A stretch of 64,000 nt of DNA from Glycera tridactyla. Taxonomy: Eukaryota. Positions 34,061 to 47,500 of the stretch are shown piece by piece; position 1 is the first letter of the stretch; every line of letters starts with the position of its first letter. The notes under the pieces are model-generated. The model saw only the letters and a program-made list of their open reading frames with translations, did no database searches and was not told where the DNA came from. The stretch lies in assembly GCA_965644265.1 (NCBI GenBank), contig OZ286462.1:68882001-68946000 (forward strand), given 5' to 3'. A program made the position numbers and the translations under genes.

Positions 34061-37000
34061 ATGATAATGGCGTGTGCCGGAGCATGCCAGGTAAACAAAA
34101 ACCTACTACCAGTCAAAGCATCATATTTCTTCTACTTTGCAGGTAGGTTCTACTAACATAACAGATAATTGTTGAGTAGACAGAATTATCAGTATTCAAA
34201 AGACATGGATAGATGACATGAATAGTTAGTTACCTTATGATTCCAGAGTGAAACCTGCTTTGAGAGTTATCCTGGTTACCGTGGTGTGGTCATTTTAAAG
34301 AGGTGGTCTGCTGATAAAGCTACATCTGAAAAAGTTACATAGTGCACAGGGGATCGGTTGTGTGGCTAGGGTTTGGTGTCTTGGTTTCACTGTTGAGTGA
34401 ATGCAAAGTGCCTGCAAAGGTCTGTTTGAGCCCCTGAAAATAAATCCACAACAAACATTCAGAATATTGGGGTCCTATCTTGATGGACACATTTGAGTCA
34501 TGGTGAATTGTAACACTCCAGCTATAGAAATCATATGGAATCAAAGATGAAATTCAAATTGACTGTCAATGGCACCTGGAGAATGTGCTAGTTTCCTAAG
34601 AAAAAAAAGGAAGATTGCTTGCGATTTACATCTGTACGTTTTGACAAACTCCTGGCAAGGATGCTTCCAAATTGCATCGTCGCTTTGTCTGAAAAGACAT
34701 ACTGATTGTTTGTAATTTTCTTTCATTTCACTCTCTGTTGGGACTCACCAAAGGGAGTTTTGAATGAGCTCTTGTATACCCACTGCATGGACATCCAATT
34801 GTAGAGCGGCTGGTGCTTGCCAGCCGCCCAGCAAAACATCCAACCAACCACCGCATCTTCGAACACAGTGATTGTCCTCCGAGTGTGATTAGCCCATCGT
34901 CTCATGCCACTGAGTTGTTTTGTGAATTCTCTTGGGACATGATTGACGCATCTTAACCCTTGCAAAATTGCTGATATATGAGCACTCATCAATATCCTGA
35001 TTGTCTCGCGTAATTTTTTGTCCAATTTAGGGAAAATGCTATATCAAACCACATCATACCCAGCGGCAATACCTCACAGTAAAGGATATTCGGTTCATTG
35101 ATTTACATCACATGATCAAGACTCCAGCTTCTAGGAACAGGATGAGAATTCATTGAATTCAAGGACCCTCAGAGTGTCCGTAAATTAATCAGCCGCGATG
35201 GCCCCAGAATCCATGATGTGTACTAACGAGATGTGTCTGAGCTGTCTTTTTTCTAGTCCAATACTACATGGTGTTCAGGGTGTATTGGGGGATGCCCTGC
35301 ATGGGAAAGAGCATCCAGACCTCATACATCAAAACACTCAAACATAATATTCTGGCTTAACAGTCAGTGAACCTGATGATGCACACGAACATAGAGCATC
35401 CTGCCAACCCCAAACAAACAAACTTTCCAACCACACTTCACATACTGTCCATTACGTGTATTTTTTGGTTCTTGCCAGATCCTATCAAGACTATTCTCCA
35501 GGTGACTACTCGTGAGAAAATTCATTTCATATCAAGATACTCTAGCGGAGGCCCGTTGTGCATATTTCTATGGAAAAGCCATCATTCTATCAGATTCAAC
35601 CAAGCATTGATTATCATCCATCAAGATGGTCAATTGTTTGATTAATTGGTTGGTTGATTGTATTGAATGATGTCTCGTCGGCAACACCTAGGCTATATTG
35701 AGACAATCATGTGATGGGAGGCGGGGTTGTGCAAGATTCCCTTTCAGATCTTTGACACAGATAAACCAACAAACAGCCATCTACATGTATATTATGATTG
35801 ATTCTCTATTGCAGGTAATGCCAGCCTGCTTAGCTATCTGTCTGTCTACATGAAGCAGTTGGGTTTGTCACCATCCGAAACAGCCATCATTTATGGCATA
35901 TTACCATTTTTGGGTGCCTTGGTCGTGTCCAGCATCGGCAGTATAGCTGATAAACTACAATGTCACAAGCTCACACTTATGATTTGTTGCGTTATCAGTA
36001 GTGTCTTCATCGGAGCACTTTATTTTGTGCCACCAGTTGCCCGAAATCCACAGGAATTTGGTCATGAAACCAAGATAGAAGTTGTCTGTTCTGAGGAAGG
36101 ATCCTGGATGACTTACTGCCACCTACTCTACAGTGATGAGGTAGATTGCAGTATTTGGGCAAATGCTTCAAACAACTTCAGCAGCTCTCCTGTGTCTCGC
36201 CCACAGTGCACTCTCCAATGTGATTTCGGGCATAAGACAATAAACTCGGACCCAGTGTGTGCTGCTACATCACATTCAGCAAAAAATCTTAGTTGTTCCA
36301 GCATTGGTATTGCCAGTGAAGTTGATCTCATATACGTGACCAGAGAAATAAGTTCCGCATCAGATTCGCAATTCGGCAATTCCACATCATATGTTTGTCA
36401 TAGATACAATATATCTAATTTTATGATTGCTGGTGGCAGTCATCAGTATTCAAACTGTAGTCATGATATCCAGTTACCATGCTCTCTACAGTGTGATAAG
36501 CAGGAGCATACTGATTTATATCCAGAATGTGATATGGTGGAAAGTAAACCAAGGAAGTTTACTCGGACCTTTTGGATTTTTGGAGCTTTGATCTTCATCG
36601 GAAGTTTAGGAAATGTACCGATTCCCAGTCTGCTGAATGCCATGACATATGCCTATCTCGGTGCTGAGCAGGGTAATTGGGGTAAACAGCGACTGTGGGG
36701 CAGTGCAGGTTTCATGCTTCTTGGAGTCATCTCAGGAATTGCAATGGATGTTTACAGTGGCAGTGGTCATTACATCAACTATATGCCCTCTTTCATAATC
36801 TATATAGTGTTCTGCTTGCTCACTGGATGCACTGTTTGTACCTACACTATATCCAGTGACATTGCTTGTCCACAAATGAAAAAAAACATTGGTATGCTGC
36901 TGCGAAAGCTTGATGCTGTATGCATGCTCTTGGTGACTCTAGTATTCGGCATATTCCATGGTGTGATCTACTCGTTTCTGTTCTGGCACCTTCAAACACT

Positions 37001-40000
37001 TGGTGGCTCACAGCTACTGCTTGGATTGACAATTGTCGTCACATGCATCTTCGAGGTTCCTACAATGTTCTATGCTGGCAGAGTAATGAAAGCCATAGGT
37101 GAGGTAAGTTGTTTTGAAACAGTATCATTTATTGTCTATATCACAACTGTACTGTTCCATGTATTGATGTTTCGAGATGAGTCAGATCTTACACACTTTT
37201 AGAGCACAATATACAAAATACAAAAAAGTAGTAGTCTCATCGAGGTATTTGTGCCTATCACCTAAAAAGTGTAATTTCAAAAGATACTGCTGAAGTTAAA
37301 TGTGACAGGTGCGTCTCCTGGGCCAACTCCCAATTTCTCATCAAATGGTCTGCATGCTTTGGGCATACACAAGGCCAGTCCTTGATATCCCAGTCGGCAT
37401 ACACTTGGTTAGCATGAACACAATTTTCCCAATATATGCAAACTATCAAATGGTGGTTTGTTTTGTTTGTTTGTTTGAGGCTTAACGGCATGTATCAACC
37501 CACAGGATTATGGGTGGTGGTGGTGGTAGTAGTGATGGTGGTGGTGGTTGAATTGGGGTGGTAGTGATTTGCTCGTTTGCTTGGCTTTAACGGAGGCACC
37601 GCTGCCAGGGGCCAGACTCTTTGCGAAGGACAACTGTGGTTTTTTCCACGTGCATACAGGAATAGACTACCATACATATGTCCGGTTCTTGGTATTCAGT
37701 GCATGCACACAATTCATATTTGTCTAAATATTGCAAGTTCATGCAAATGTCCACAACGGATGAGCTGCGCACATGCATGATGAATAGGGAGGAATGGAAA
37801 ACGAGACATCGTTTGGCCCGTGCTACTGGAGGATCAGCCACAACAGACACGACATGATGATGATGCAAATAATCAAATATGCATGTTGGATCAACTCCCA
37901 TGAAAAGTTATTTTGTACACAATGTGGTATCCGTGTTGGTTGTGATGGTAAAATCACACCTCTAGCTGTCTCTCTCACCCATCCAACTACTATGTGGAGC
38001 CACTATCTGGAATCAAGTTCGGAGATGCTACCACTAAACCGTACCACACCCCCAATATTGATCATAGTGTTACCCTATGAACTGCACTCATCAGATCACC
38101 CACGCAATTATCAGAATGAATGATGCCTCGGTTGTAGGTGCTTTCTCAATATCACATTTCCGTAATCATCACGTTTCAGATGAACTGCATCCACCTGGTC
38201 TGTATTGTCTATTCTCTACGGTTCCTTGGTTACTCACTTCTGAGGGATCCATGGTGGGTGCTGGCTATTGAGCCTCTACATGGCATCACATATGGCCTCA
38301 TGCAGCCAGCAGTGAGTGGATATTGCAGCAAAATCACCCCTCCTGGTATGCATGGCACCATCCAGGGCTTCATCAATGGACTCTACTTTGGTTTCGGTGA
38401 GTATATGTATGTATCTGTAGGCAAATCAAGTGTGTGATACTCAAGATGACACCTTGCGTGTCTGTGGAATTTAAAATTATTGATCTTATCTTTGGCACCT
38501 AGAAGGAAGACTCTTTAATAACCACATTCATGCCAACCATGAGCATCTTACTGTAGATGATAAAACAAACATATTCTGAAATCTATAAATGATTATGATA
38601 AAGATGAGTAATAAGCATGATAAGATTCAGAAAGGAGCATAAGCACTGCGAGGCTGCCTTAATTTTTCACTGTCGGTGATAGTGTACCGACTCAGATGTA
38701 CAGTAGTAAAAGGTCAATCTGCCTGGGTTGAGATGTTTCATGATAATGATAATGATTACAATAGTAATATGTGTTAACGATAATGATAATGATTGACATC
38801 TTGATAAAGCTCAATCGGTGCTCATGAGATGCAAGCGAATGACCAAACAAGTGACATATATTACTTTCTTTTGGCGTCTATCACCACTTTTGATACAGTG
38901 GAAACTGCATGCAGCGAGCAACTGCCTGGAATGAGAACAAATACCGTAATAAAGAAGCTGTCTGTCATCCAGAGTATATATAACAGTTAAAGAATTAGAA
39001 AAAAGTGTCCCGGGGAAGGTTGATCTCACTTTTGAGACACAATAGGCCAGTTGACCTCTGTGATTTAATCAGAGATGGAAATGCGATGGGATATTGCCCT
39101 GGTATGATGCCTTTTTCAACTAGAAATTCTCATGGGCTTTGTCTTCTGTGTCCAACCAACTAAATTGCTTTGAATTGACTACACAATCTTGCTGATCATT
39201 GCAGGTAGGGGATGTGGGTCATTACTTGGTGGTATACTGTTTGAGATGTACGGTGCTTATGTGACTTTCAAGAGCCAGAGTCTTGCAGCTATAGTCCTTC
39301 TCGTATTTCATGGAGCTTCACGAGTTTATCATCATTGGTGCCTGGCTCCAAATTTCAGCAATGATGATGATAAGGATCCGGATCCGGAGAGAGGGACGAC
39401 TGAAGATAAAGGTATTTAAACGTTGGTGAATCTGAAATTGGAATGACATAGTATAAGAGCTAATAGATTCAGAATTGATGAGATAAGATTCTGGGGAATT
39501 TTGATCCCCTGTCTGCAAATTCTTGATTATTTCGTACCCAGATGATTGAGAGCGAGTTCTTCTTTCCCTCTTCAAACAGGGTATCATTTAGGATATAGCC
39601 ACGACCCGCACTGTCCTCCCTCAAATATCATCATTTTCCCTGTCCTGTGTGTTGATGAAGGCAAAGATGAATTCGGCTATTGGTACACTCTCCCTTTTAT
39701 TCATCACAAGGGTCACATCCAGATATCTTGTTAAACAAGTGAACACTCACCTGGGGCACATATGATCATTGATCTTTATTCAGCCTCATTGAAAGTTCCA
39801 ACACAAAACATCATTCTTTACCAAAGGCGAGTTTTAGGTTGCTACTAAATTGTCTTGAGGATGAGTACTGTCATAGTGAAAATATGAAGCTCTTGTGATG
39901 CATCCAGAAACTCGTCTGGCTTATTACCATAGGCTGAAGCTTCGCCACTTAGCTAGAGGCTCCTAACGATATTTTCTAACACCAAATTTGACTAGAATAT

Positions 40001-40429
40001 TCCCATATATTCAGTGGAATACATGTTTGAGCATCACAATAGCGATAAAAACGTGCACAGAGTTAGGTTATCCAGAAAAAAACAGCAGCATATATTTTGT
40101 CAAATATGAAGTTAGTCAATGAATTTCTGGCATGAATATTCTGCTGAAAATGAACATACTCTAAATCAGATTCATCAACATGAAAAAATCACCCAAGTCC
40201 ATCAAGAGCTTTGATGTGGAGGGACCTTCATTTTACCTACACTTATGCTTCTTTTGTTACAGAGTTCTTGCCATCAAGAGCAAAACGTTCTGATAATGAC
40301 ACTCAAGTGCCAGGTCATGATACTCATGAAAGATACAAGAACCATTGCATTCCAGTTACACATACTGAGCCAGCTGACTGCACAACAGCGCTTTCCCAGC
40401 CGGTTTCATCTAGTGAGAGCAAACTGTGA
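34061..40429 (+). CDS. MFSD6: MFSD6-like MFS transporter, copy 3 (intact, ~653 aa)
   Basis: Exons 34061(or 34067)-34142, 35815-37103, 38180-38396, 39205-39411 and 40263-40429; all GT-AG, 1956 nt from ATG 34067, in frame. MFSD6-family motifs VNKNLLPVKASYFFYFA, LGLSPSETAIIYG, IADKLQCHK, NWGKQRLWGSAG, FLFWHLQTLG, WVLAIEPLHGITYGL. Confidence 0.9.
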
Positions 40430-41770
40430 TTCCAACTGCCGTCTTTTGCTGGGGAAATATCGTTTTTATTCGAAACATAAACACATATTTTTGTCTCTTA
40501 TTCAAATCTGACGTACTTCTCCTGTTAATAGGACCTTATATATATTTTGTGTAAATGCATGAGGTGTAAATACCAGTTACCGATTCATATCGTGTACCAA
40601 TTGTACTGCACAGTTTCCAGGTTGAATGAACATGAGGGAATTCAGTCTCATCATGATCTATTTTATCTTACTCACTCTGCAACATGTTAGCTGTTGTCCA
40701 TTTGCAAAAAGAGAAACCCATCAGAGAATTTACCAGCCATGCTTTTTTCTGGGTATAACATTTTGGGAGGTGGGGGTTGCAAGTGACAGGGAAGTTCATA
40801 GAGCTAAACTTTCGTTTAGCATCCAGGTGGGATTTCAGCTTCAACAGGTTTAAGCTCACTTATACTTGTGTCCTCTGAGGCGGGGAGAAGGGGTTCTCAT
40901 CCTCAAAAGAAATGTCTGAATTATTTGTTGATTATTGTCATCCTGCATGTTAGGGTTCACTTCCCTCCCCTATTCACCTATTACATGATTACCTTTTCTC
41001 ATTTTGGTGTCGGAATGTTCAGAGACGCCTGTTGGGATTCACCTACAGGATGCTGAGGTTTTAGCTCCTCGATCTCAGACAGCTCATCAAAATCTTCAAA
41101 CTCAGTCTCGGTCCCTTCAGTGCAGAAATCAGTGGTGAATTCAGATGGGTATTAAGAGCCCAATGTGCGTTTTCACCCAGGAGCATGGACGACAACATAG
41201 TAAACCAACTATAGACATGAGCTTCCAATTGGGTGCATTGGAGCACACAAAGGGAACAAAGTGGCTTACAAAGCTAGGCTTAGCCTTAGTGTCTTCTTTC
41301 TCACTCCTGCCCTGGCATGCAGGTCTCCTTGAGAGCTGCTTTGAATTTGATTCATAATTGCACATATTGGTTGAGTATTTTCCAAACCTGATGATTTGCC
41401 TTGTTTCTGTTATCTGTTATGAAGTCACCAACCAGAGAGATAGATTGATCTGTTACCATCCTCACTGCTGTGTGATATATGAATCGAAGAGTATCACGAT
41501 AATGTACTGTATCGTGAGGGGGGGGGGTGTATTGCGATATGTATCCTATCGTCACTGACTCGATATAACATATCCATCACATTACTATCATATTTTATCA
41601 TTTCCTTGGTATCCTGAGAACGATCCCATACGTCAAACTCAAACAGAACTTCCCATGAAAGTTGATTCAACAGACGTATTTGATTATTTGCACGAATTGA
41701 GAGTCTCTAGTCACATGCTAATGCATTGCATGCCAACTAGGGTATCAAAGGCTGGCCATGTATATTGGAG

Positions 41771-41923
41771 TCTCCTTGAGTGATTGTGAATTTCATGAAT
41801 GTTCTCCTTCTGCCGAGGGCCCATTAGAAGTAGTCTTGAATGATCCAACATATGCGCGGGATATGGGCAGCACAATGGGTATCACTGTAATGTGCTGACA
41901 TGATGTTAAACCAAACCAACCAA
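41771..41923 (+). mobile_element. 170-bp SINE-like element
   Basis: Family head CTTGAGTGATTGTGAATTTCATG and tail GTTAAACCAAACCAACC. Confidence 0.75.
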
Positions 41924-42275
41924 CATTTTATGCATGTAAAAGACCCACTGCCGTTCTTTGCAAAGAGTATGCGATCCCACCTAGCAATGGTGCCTCCTTC
42001 ATTTTCATTCCATTCACAAGGAGGTAGGAAGGGTCTTGAATGAAGACAAGTGAACAAACCCAGGTCTAATTCATCATAGGATGTTGTTAAAACAAAACAT
42101 CAGTTATCAAGGGATTTGCAGTCATTTCTTCATATCAGCGAGATTTTTTCTTCGTTATCATAGCTTCAAATCAATTTGAAGAGTACCTCAAGCTTATCTC
42201 TTAGGATAACCCTCCATGACCTTGGTCATGAATTCCCTTCTACCTCCATGAAATCTCAGATTTATTGGCAGGAAG

Positions 42276-42400
42276 TTGGTTGGTTCTGGTTTAACGTCAC
42301 GTCAGCAACATATGGACTATATGGGTGGGATCTTCCAAGACTCCTCTTTCTGGGTCCCAAACGGTAAAATTTTAAGAAATTCATAGACACTCAAGGCGTC
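42276..42400 (-). mobile_element. 170-bp SINE-like element (internally deleted), 12-bp TSD
   Basis: ATTGGCAGGAAG at 42264-42275 and 42401-42412. The empty paralogous site AATGGGCAGGAAGAC is at ~31652. Confidence 0.9.
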
Positions 42401-44598
42401 ATTGGCAGGAAGACCAGAGGACTGTCATGAGAGGGACTCTCATTCAGAATTGAATAAGATAACGGCTTCAAAAGTAGGCCGGATTGGAGTCAACTTTCTG
42501 GACTCAGGTGATTCTATTTATCTTCAGCTCACTCATATGCTGACTGTTGCCAAGGTAAGTCCACACGTTTCCTCTCTTGTATGTTTCATTGTTCTGAACT
42601 ATAATGTTTGTGTGTGGCTTTGGAGTTCAGGGTCTCGATAGATTGCAGCCACCAAAAAGATATAGGGACTTTATTCGAGATATTGCTATGAGTGATTGTG
42701 TAGACTGGAAAATAGCATCATCCCTTCTCATCTCATGGTGATGTAATTTTGGAAGACGCCTCTCCTCTGCATCTTTTGTGGAATGGACGCCCATGTAGGT
42801 TGATAAAGTGTTCTTTTGTGTAGGTGTCTGAAGTGAATTTTACTAATGCTATAATCGTTCAATATTTTTTTTCATATGCTCAAATATGCTATTTGAGCTC
42901 CCTTTAGCAATCTTCCAATTATCTGGACTGGTCTGGTTGGTTGTTTGTCTGCTTCACATCACCTGGCTCCCATCTGGTATATATTGAGACATTGATGCAA
43001 TGGGATTGGTTGTGATCATCCAAGGCTTCCCCTTCCCCAACTGTTGGTGAAACTTCGTGGAATTTACAGACAATAATGGTTTTATTTCTAGTATCAGGAA
43101 TGTCAACCACCGTGTTACCCTGTGAACATGGGATCGATCAATTGGCGTTGATATCATTTTACATGTTTTAAGACAAATCTACCTATTTTGGAATTTGAGT
43201 AAACAAGCGATTGAAGCAATCAGAATCATATATCAACTCATTTTTGTGCTGAAAACCCGACAGCTAGTGTTTTTTCAAATAGTGGCATTGCCATTACAAA
43301 ATAGTCCATTCATATCTGCACAATAGGCCCAACCAACCTTGTGAAATTCATGGAGAAGCAAATCGAATATGACTTTTTCTACTCTATCCTCATGGATTTT
43401 TGCTCCATATCAAAGGCACTTCTGGAAATTGTGTGATTCATTATTTTCAGCCACTGCATAAACGGTTGATCTGATTTAACTACTTTTGGACAACTCAAAT
43501 AAAATCAGAATTCACTCAATACCTACGCATTTATTGTGGGAATTTCTTACAAAATGGATGAGTTTCCTCAAAGATAACGACACACGCTGAACCTAGTGAT
43601 CATAGGTGCAGTTGGAAAGGTTGTGAAAGATCTCGTCTTCATTTCAATTTTCCTGGCTCCCCCAAACAGGACTATGTTTACCAGTTGATGACGACACCCC
43701 TATCACTTTCTCAGGTTGGCAATAGTCTCGCCACCTGGACCGACAAGCTCTCCATGATTTTGCTCAAATTTATATTTGGCTGATACCTCATCAATGCATG
43801 CATAGGATCAAAATATTGCTGCAATTACGAACCAGCAGAACAAACAGAATTTTCTATTGGTTGTAGGAAGATGTGTAGCCAACCCGGCAGAATGACATAA
43901 GGAGAAACTATTCATTAGTGACCTGATGATGGGATGAGGATAATCCGTCATGATAATTAAGCAATATGATTCCTTCAGATGAATCTGAAGGAATCTACCT
44001 CGGTCGAAGCTTTCAAAATAAATACACCCCACAGCAAAGATCCATTGGAATTAGGCAGTGTCACATGAAGTAGTAGCATACCCAGTATATCTTGAGCCAA
44101 GGGTGGATATTTTTCTCTGGTAATAGACTCCTCTCCCTTTCCTTCTTTCCACATCTCTCTACCATGTTAAGGTAGAGTCACGCACAGTTAAGGGCCATGC
44201 CCCCTGGTCCTAACATAAATGTTCATTAAATGAACATTCCCTTCTTGGGTGTAATTGTGAATGCATGTGCATGAACAATGTAAATATTTTGTACATATTT
44301 CAATATTGGTTACCCATTACACACCGAGTCTCTCGTGTATGCTGGATAAAGCCTGTTTAGGCCAACTTCACATTGTATATATTGTTTGTAAACTAACGAG
44401 ATTAAAAAAAAAAGACTACTGAATTGAATTGGATTGAATTGATCTGACCTTCCTTAACGTTGTCTTGCTTTCCTTTTGCCAGATGGTTAGCTTGAGGATT
44501 AGGATGACTGACATTCTAACCATGCACTAATAAATGTACTACCCTTTTTTATATACAGATTGTGGCCCTCAACAGGATCAAGCATTATCAATATCTGC

Positions 44599-47500
44599 AT
44601 GATAATGGCGTGTGCCAGAGCATGCCAGGTCAACAGAAACCTGCTTCCAGTCAAAGCATCATATTTCTTCTACGTTGCAGGTAGGTTCTATCAACATAAC
44701 AGATGATTATCAAGTAAATGAAATTTTCAGATATGACCGTGGGATGACTAGTTACTGTATGATTCCACAGTGAAGCATATTATGAGAATTCACCCGGTTA
44801 CCATAGCTTGATCATTTTGAAGAGATTGACTGCTACTAGATTCACATTTGAATCAGTCAAAACCACCCAGGGAGATAGTTTGTCGGTTTCACTGTTGAAG
44901 CAATGAAAATTGCCTGCAAAGGTTCGACATCTCTTACTGTATGATTCCACAGTGAAACCTATATTGAGAATTCACCCGGTTACCATAGCTCGATCATTTT
45001 AAAGAGATGGACTGCTACTAGATTTACAATTGAATCAGTCAAAACCACCCAGGGAAATAGTTTGTCAGTTTCACTGTTGAAGCAATGCAAATTGCCTGCA
45101 AAGGTTCTACATCTCTTACTGTATGATTCCACAGTGAAACCTATATTGAGAATTCACCCGGTTACCATAGCTCGATCATTTTAAAGAGATGGACTGCTAA
45201 TAGATTTACATTTGAATCAGTCAAAACCACCCAGGGAAATAGTTTGTCGGTTTCACTGTTGAAGCAATGCAAATTGCCTGCAAAGGTTCGACATCTCTTT
45301 GGGCGCCTGACAATAAATCCACACGACAGAATTAGGATACCGTCAGGATTAGTAATACCCCACCGAGCGAAATCATGCAGAATCAAAGATGCAATTTCAT
45401 CAGTCTGTCAATGGCACTTGGTAAATATGGTTCGGATTTCCAATACAAGAAAAAGTGGCACCACAACAGTAGGAGTTATTAGCTGTCCAGCCGATGAATT
45501 TAGATTCCTGCTTGTTCAGTATGTTGAAATTCAAGTGTATTTGACCCACAATGAACTTGTCTATAAAGACCACCTTCGGTCACATCAAAAAGTGGTATTT
45601 ATAGGCAGGTGATCTCTATAGAGAGGTCATTTACTGTTGAAAATACTACCACAGTCGCAGCTCAGGTGGTCTTTATAAAGAGGCGGTCTTTATAGAGAGG
45701 TGGTCTTTATAGAGAGGTGGTCTTTATAGAGAGGTGGTCTTTAGAGCAGGTTTGATTGTACCATGATCCTGCTGCTGTGCTCAGTGAGCTGAGTACCGGA
45801 AGTCGTTTCTCATTACTAACACGGAATAGGGAGATTTGATAGATATAGCTCACATGCTCTCAATGGGAAGAAGCAAGATATTGCCAGTACTGATCCAGAA
45901 TCTTGCCGGTGCTGGATGCACATCCAATTATGGCAGTACTGGCACGATTCTGTGTCAATCACCCCCAAAGCCTAACTAGCTACATGACTTCCTTTTTGGT
46001 GCAGTTAGATCGTCTCGATGCCAATACCACCTTAATCAGCCTTAATACCGCCAATATCGGCACGATTCCATCGGGAGCGGTGCCTGAACTGTCTGATTTA
46101 TGTGGTTCAATGCCATACGGTGTTTTTAGTTTGTGGGAGAGATGCCCTGCATGGAAAAGAGCTTCCATACCTAATACATCAGAAACACATTGCATAGATA
46201 CTCTTCTGGGTCAGGACATGCCATTTAACATGATGGTGCACTCGGGATGACATAGAACAGCCAGCCGACCAACCAACTCACAACAAACGAAGTTTCCAAG
46301 CACACTTTATATACCGTTAGATTCATATGAATTTCGACCAGATTCTTGCCATTGAATAAATCTGCTATCAAAAATATTCTCCAGGTGATTACTTGTGGGA
46401 AAAATCATGTCCTATTGAAATCCTCTGGAAAATATCTGTTGTGCATATCCATCAAGTTGGTCGGTTTGTTTGTTTCGTTGGTTGCTTGCTTAGGTGATCG
46501 GTTGACGTCTCATGGGCAAGACCACTGCTATATGGAGACATCAATGCACTTTCTCCGAAACACCAAGAGAGCATGAACATTTATGAAATTCAGGAACTCA
46601 AGGGGGCATTTTTGAGATTGATCCATAATAACTTCACCGCCAATCGAAGGCAGAGCCATTTGTAAGGGAAGCCCATATGACTTAGATAAGACACATTGAG
46701 AGTTTGTGAAGGCAGGGCCATGGAAATCTGCGCCTATATGAGTCCGGAATTAGACCTTGAGCGAGTGAATTTCATACAATCTAGCAAACAGCTGTCAATA
46801 TGTATAATATGTTTGATTCTCTATTGTTGTAGGTATTGCCAGCTTGCTCAACTATCTGCCTGTCTACATGAAGCAATTGGGTTTGTCACCTTCAGAGACA
46901 GCCATCATTTATGGCATATTGCCATTTCTTAGTGCCTTGACCAAGCCCAGCATTGGGAGTATGGCTGATAAACTACAGTGTCACAAGCTTGCTACCACGA
47001 TTTGTTGCGCAATCAGTATTGTCTTCGTTGGAGCACTTTATTTTGTGCCACCAGTTGCCCAAAATCTGCATGACGTTGTATTCAACATCAAGATGGACCT
47101 TGTTTGTTCTCCGCAAGGATCGTGGATGACCTACTGTCCACTTCTACACAATGATGAAGTAGATTGCAATATGTTGGGATATAGTTCAAAGAACTCTAGC
47201 AGTTCATCTTCACATCACCTACAGTGCACTCCCCGATGTGGTTCTGGGTATGAGACAATTGGCTCAGTCTCTATGTGTGCTGCTTCATCATATTCAACTC
47301 ACAATTTCAGTTGTTTCAGCAATGGTATCCCTAGGGAAATGGATCTTATATACATGTCCAGTGAAACAAATCTCATATCAGACTTTCAGTTTGGCAATAC
47401 CACGTCACATGTCTGCCATACATACAACATATCTAATTTCATGATTGATGATACAAGTTATCATTATCTAAACTGTAGTCAAGATATCCACTCGCAATGC

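Noticed and set aside
40418-40429. SKL as proof of peroxisomal import
   Set aside because: PTS1 directs soluble matrix proteins, whereas polytopic membrane proteins use PEX19; kept only as a possible PDZ-type motif.
44341-44370. CTGGATAA-GCCTGTTTAGGC-CAAC hammerhead-like motif
   Set aside because: Lacks GAAA and a canonical CUGANGA.
45903-46250. 115-aa intronic ORF
   Set aside because: The paralogous region in copy 3 (~35100-35330) does not keep the frame; no motifs.
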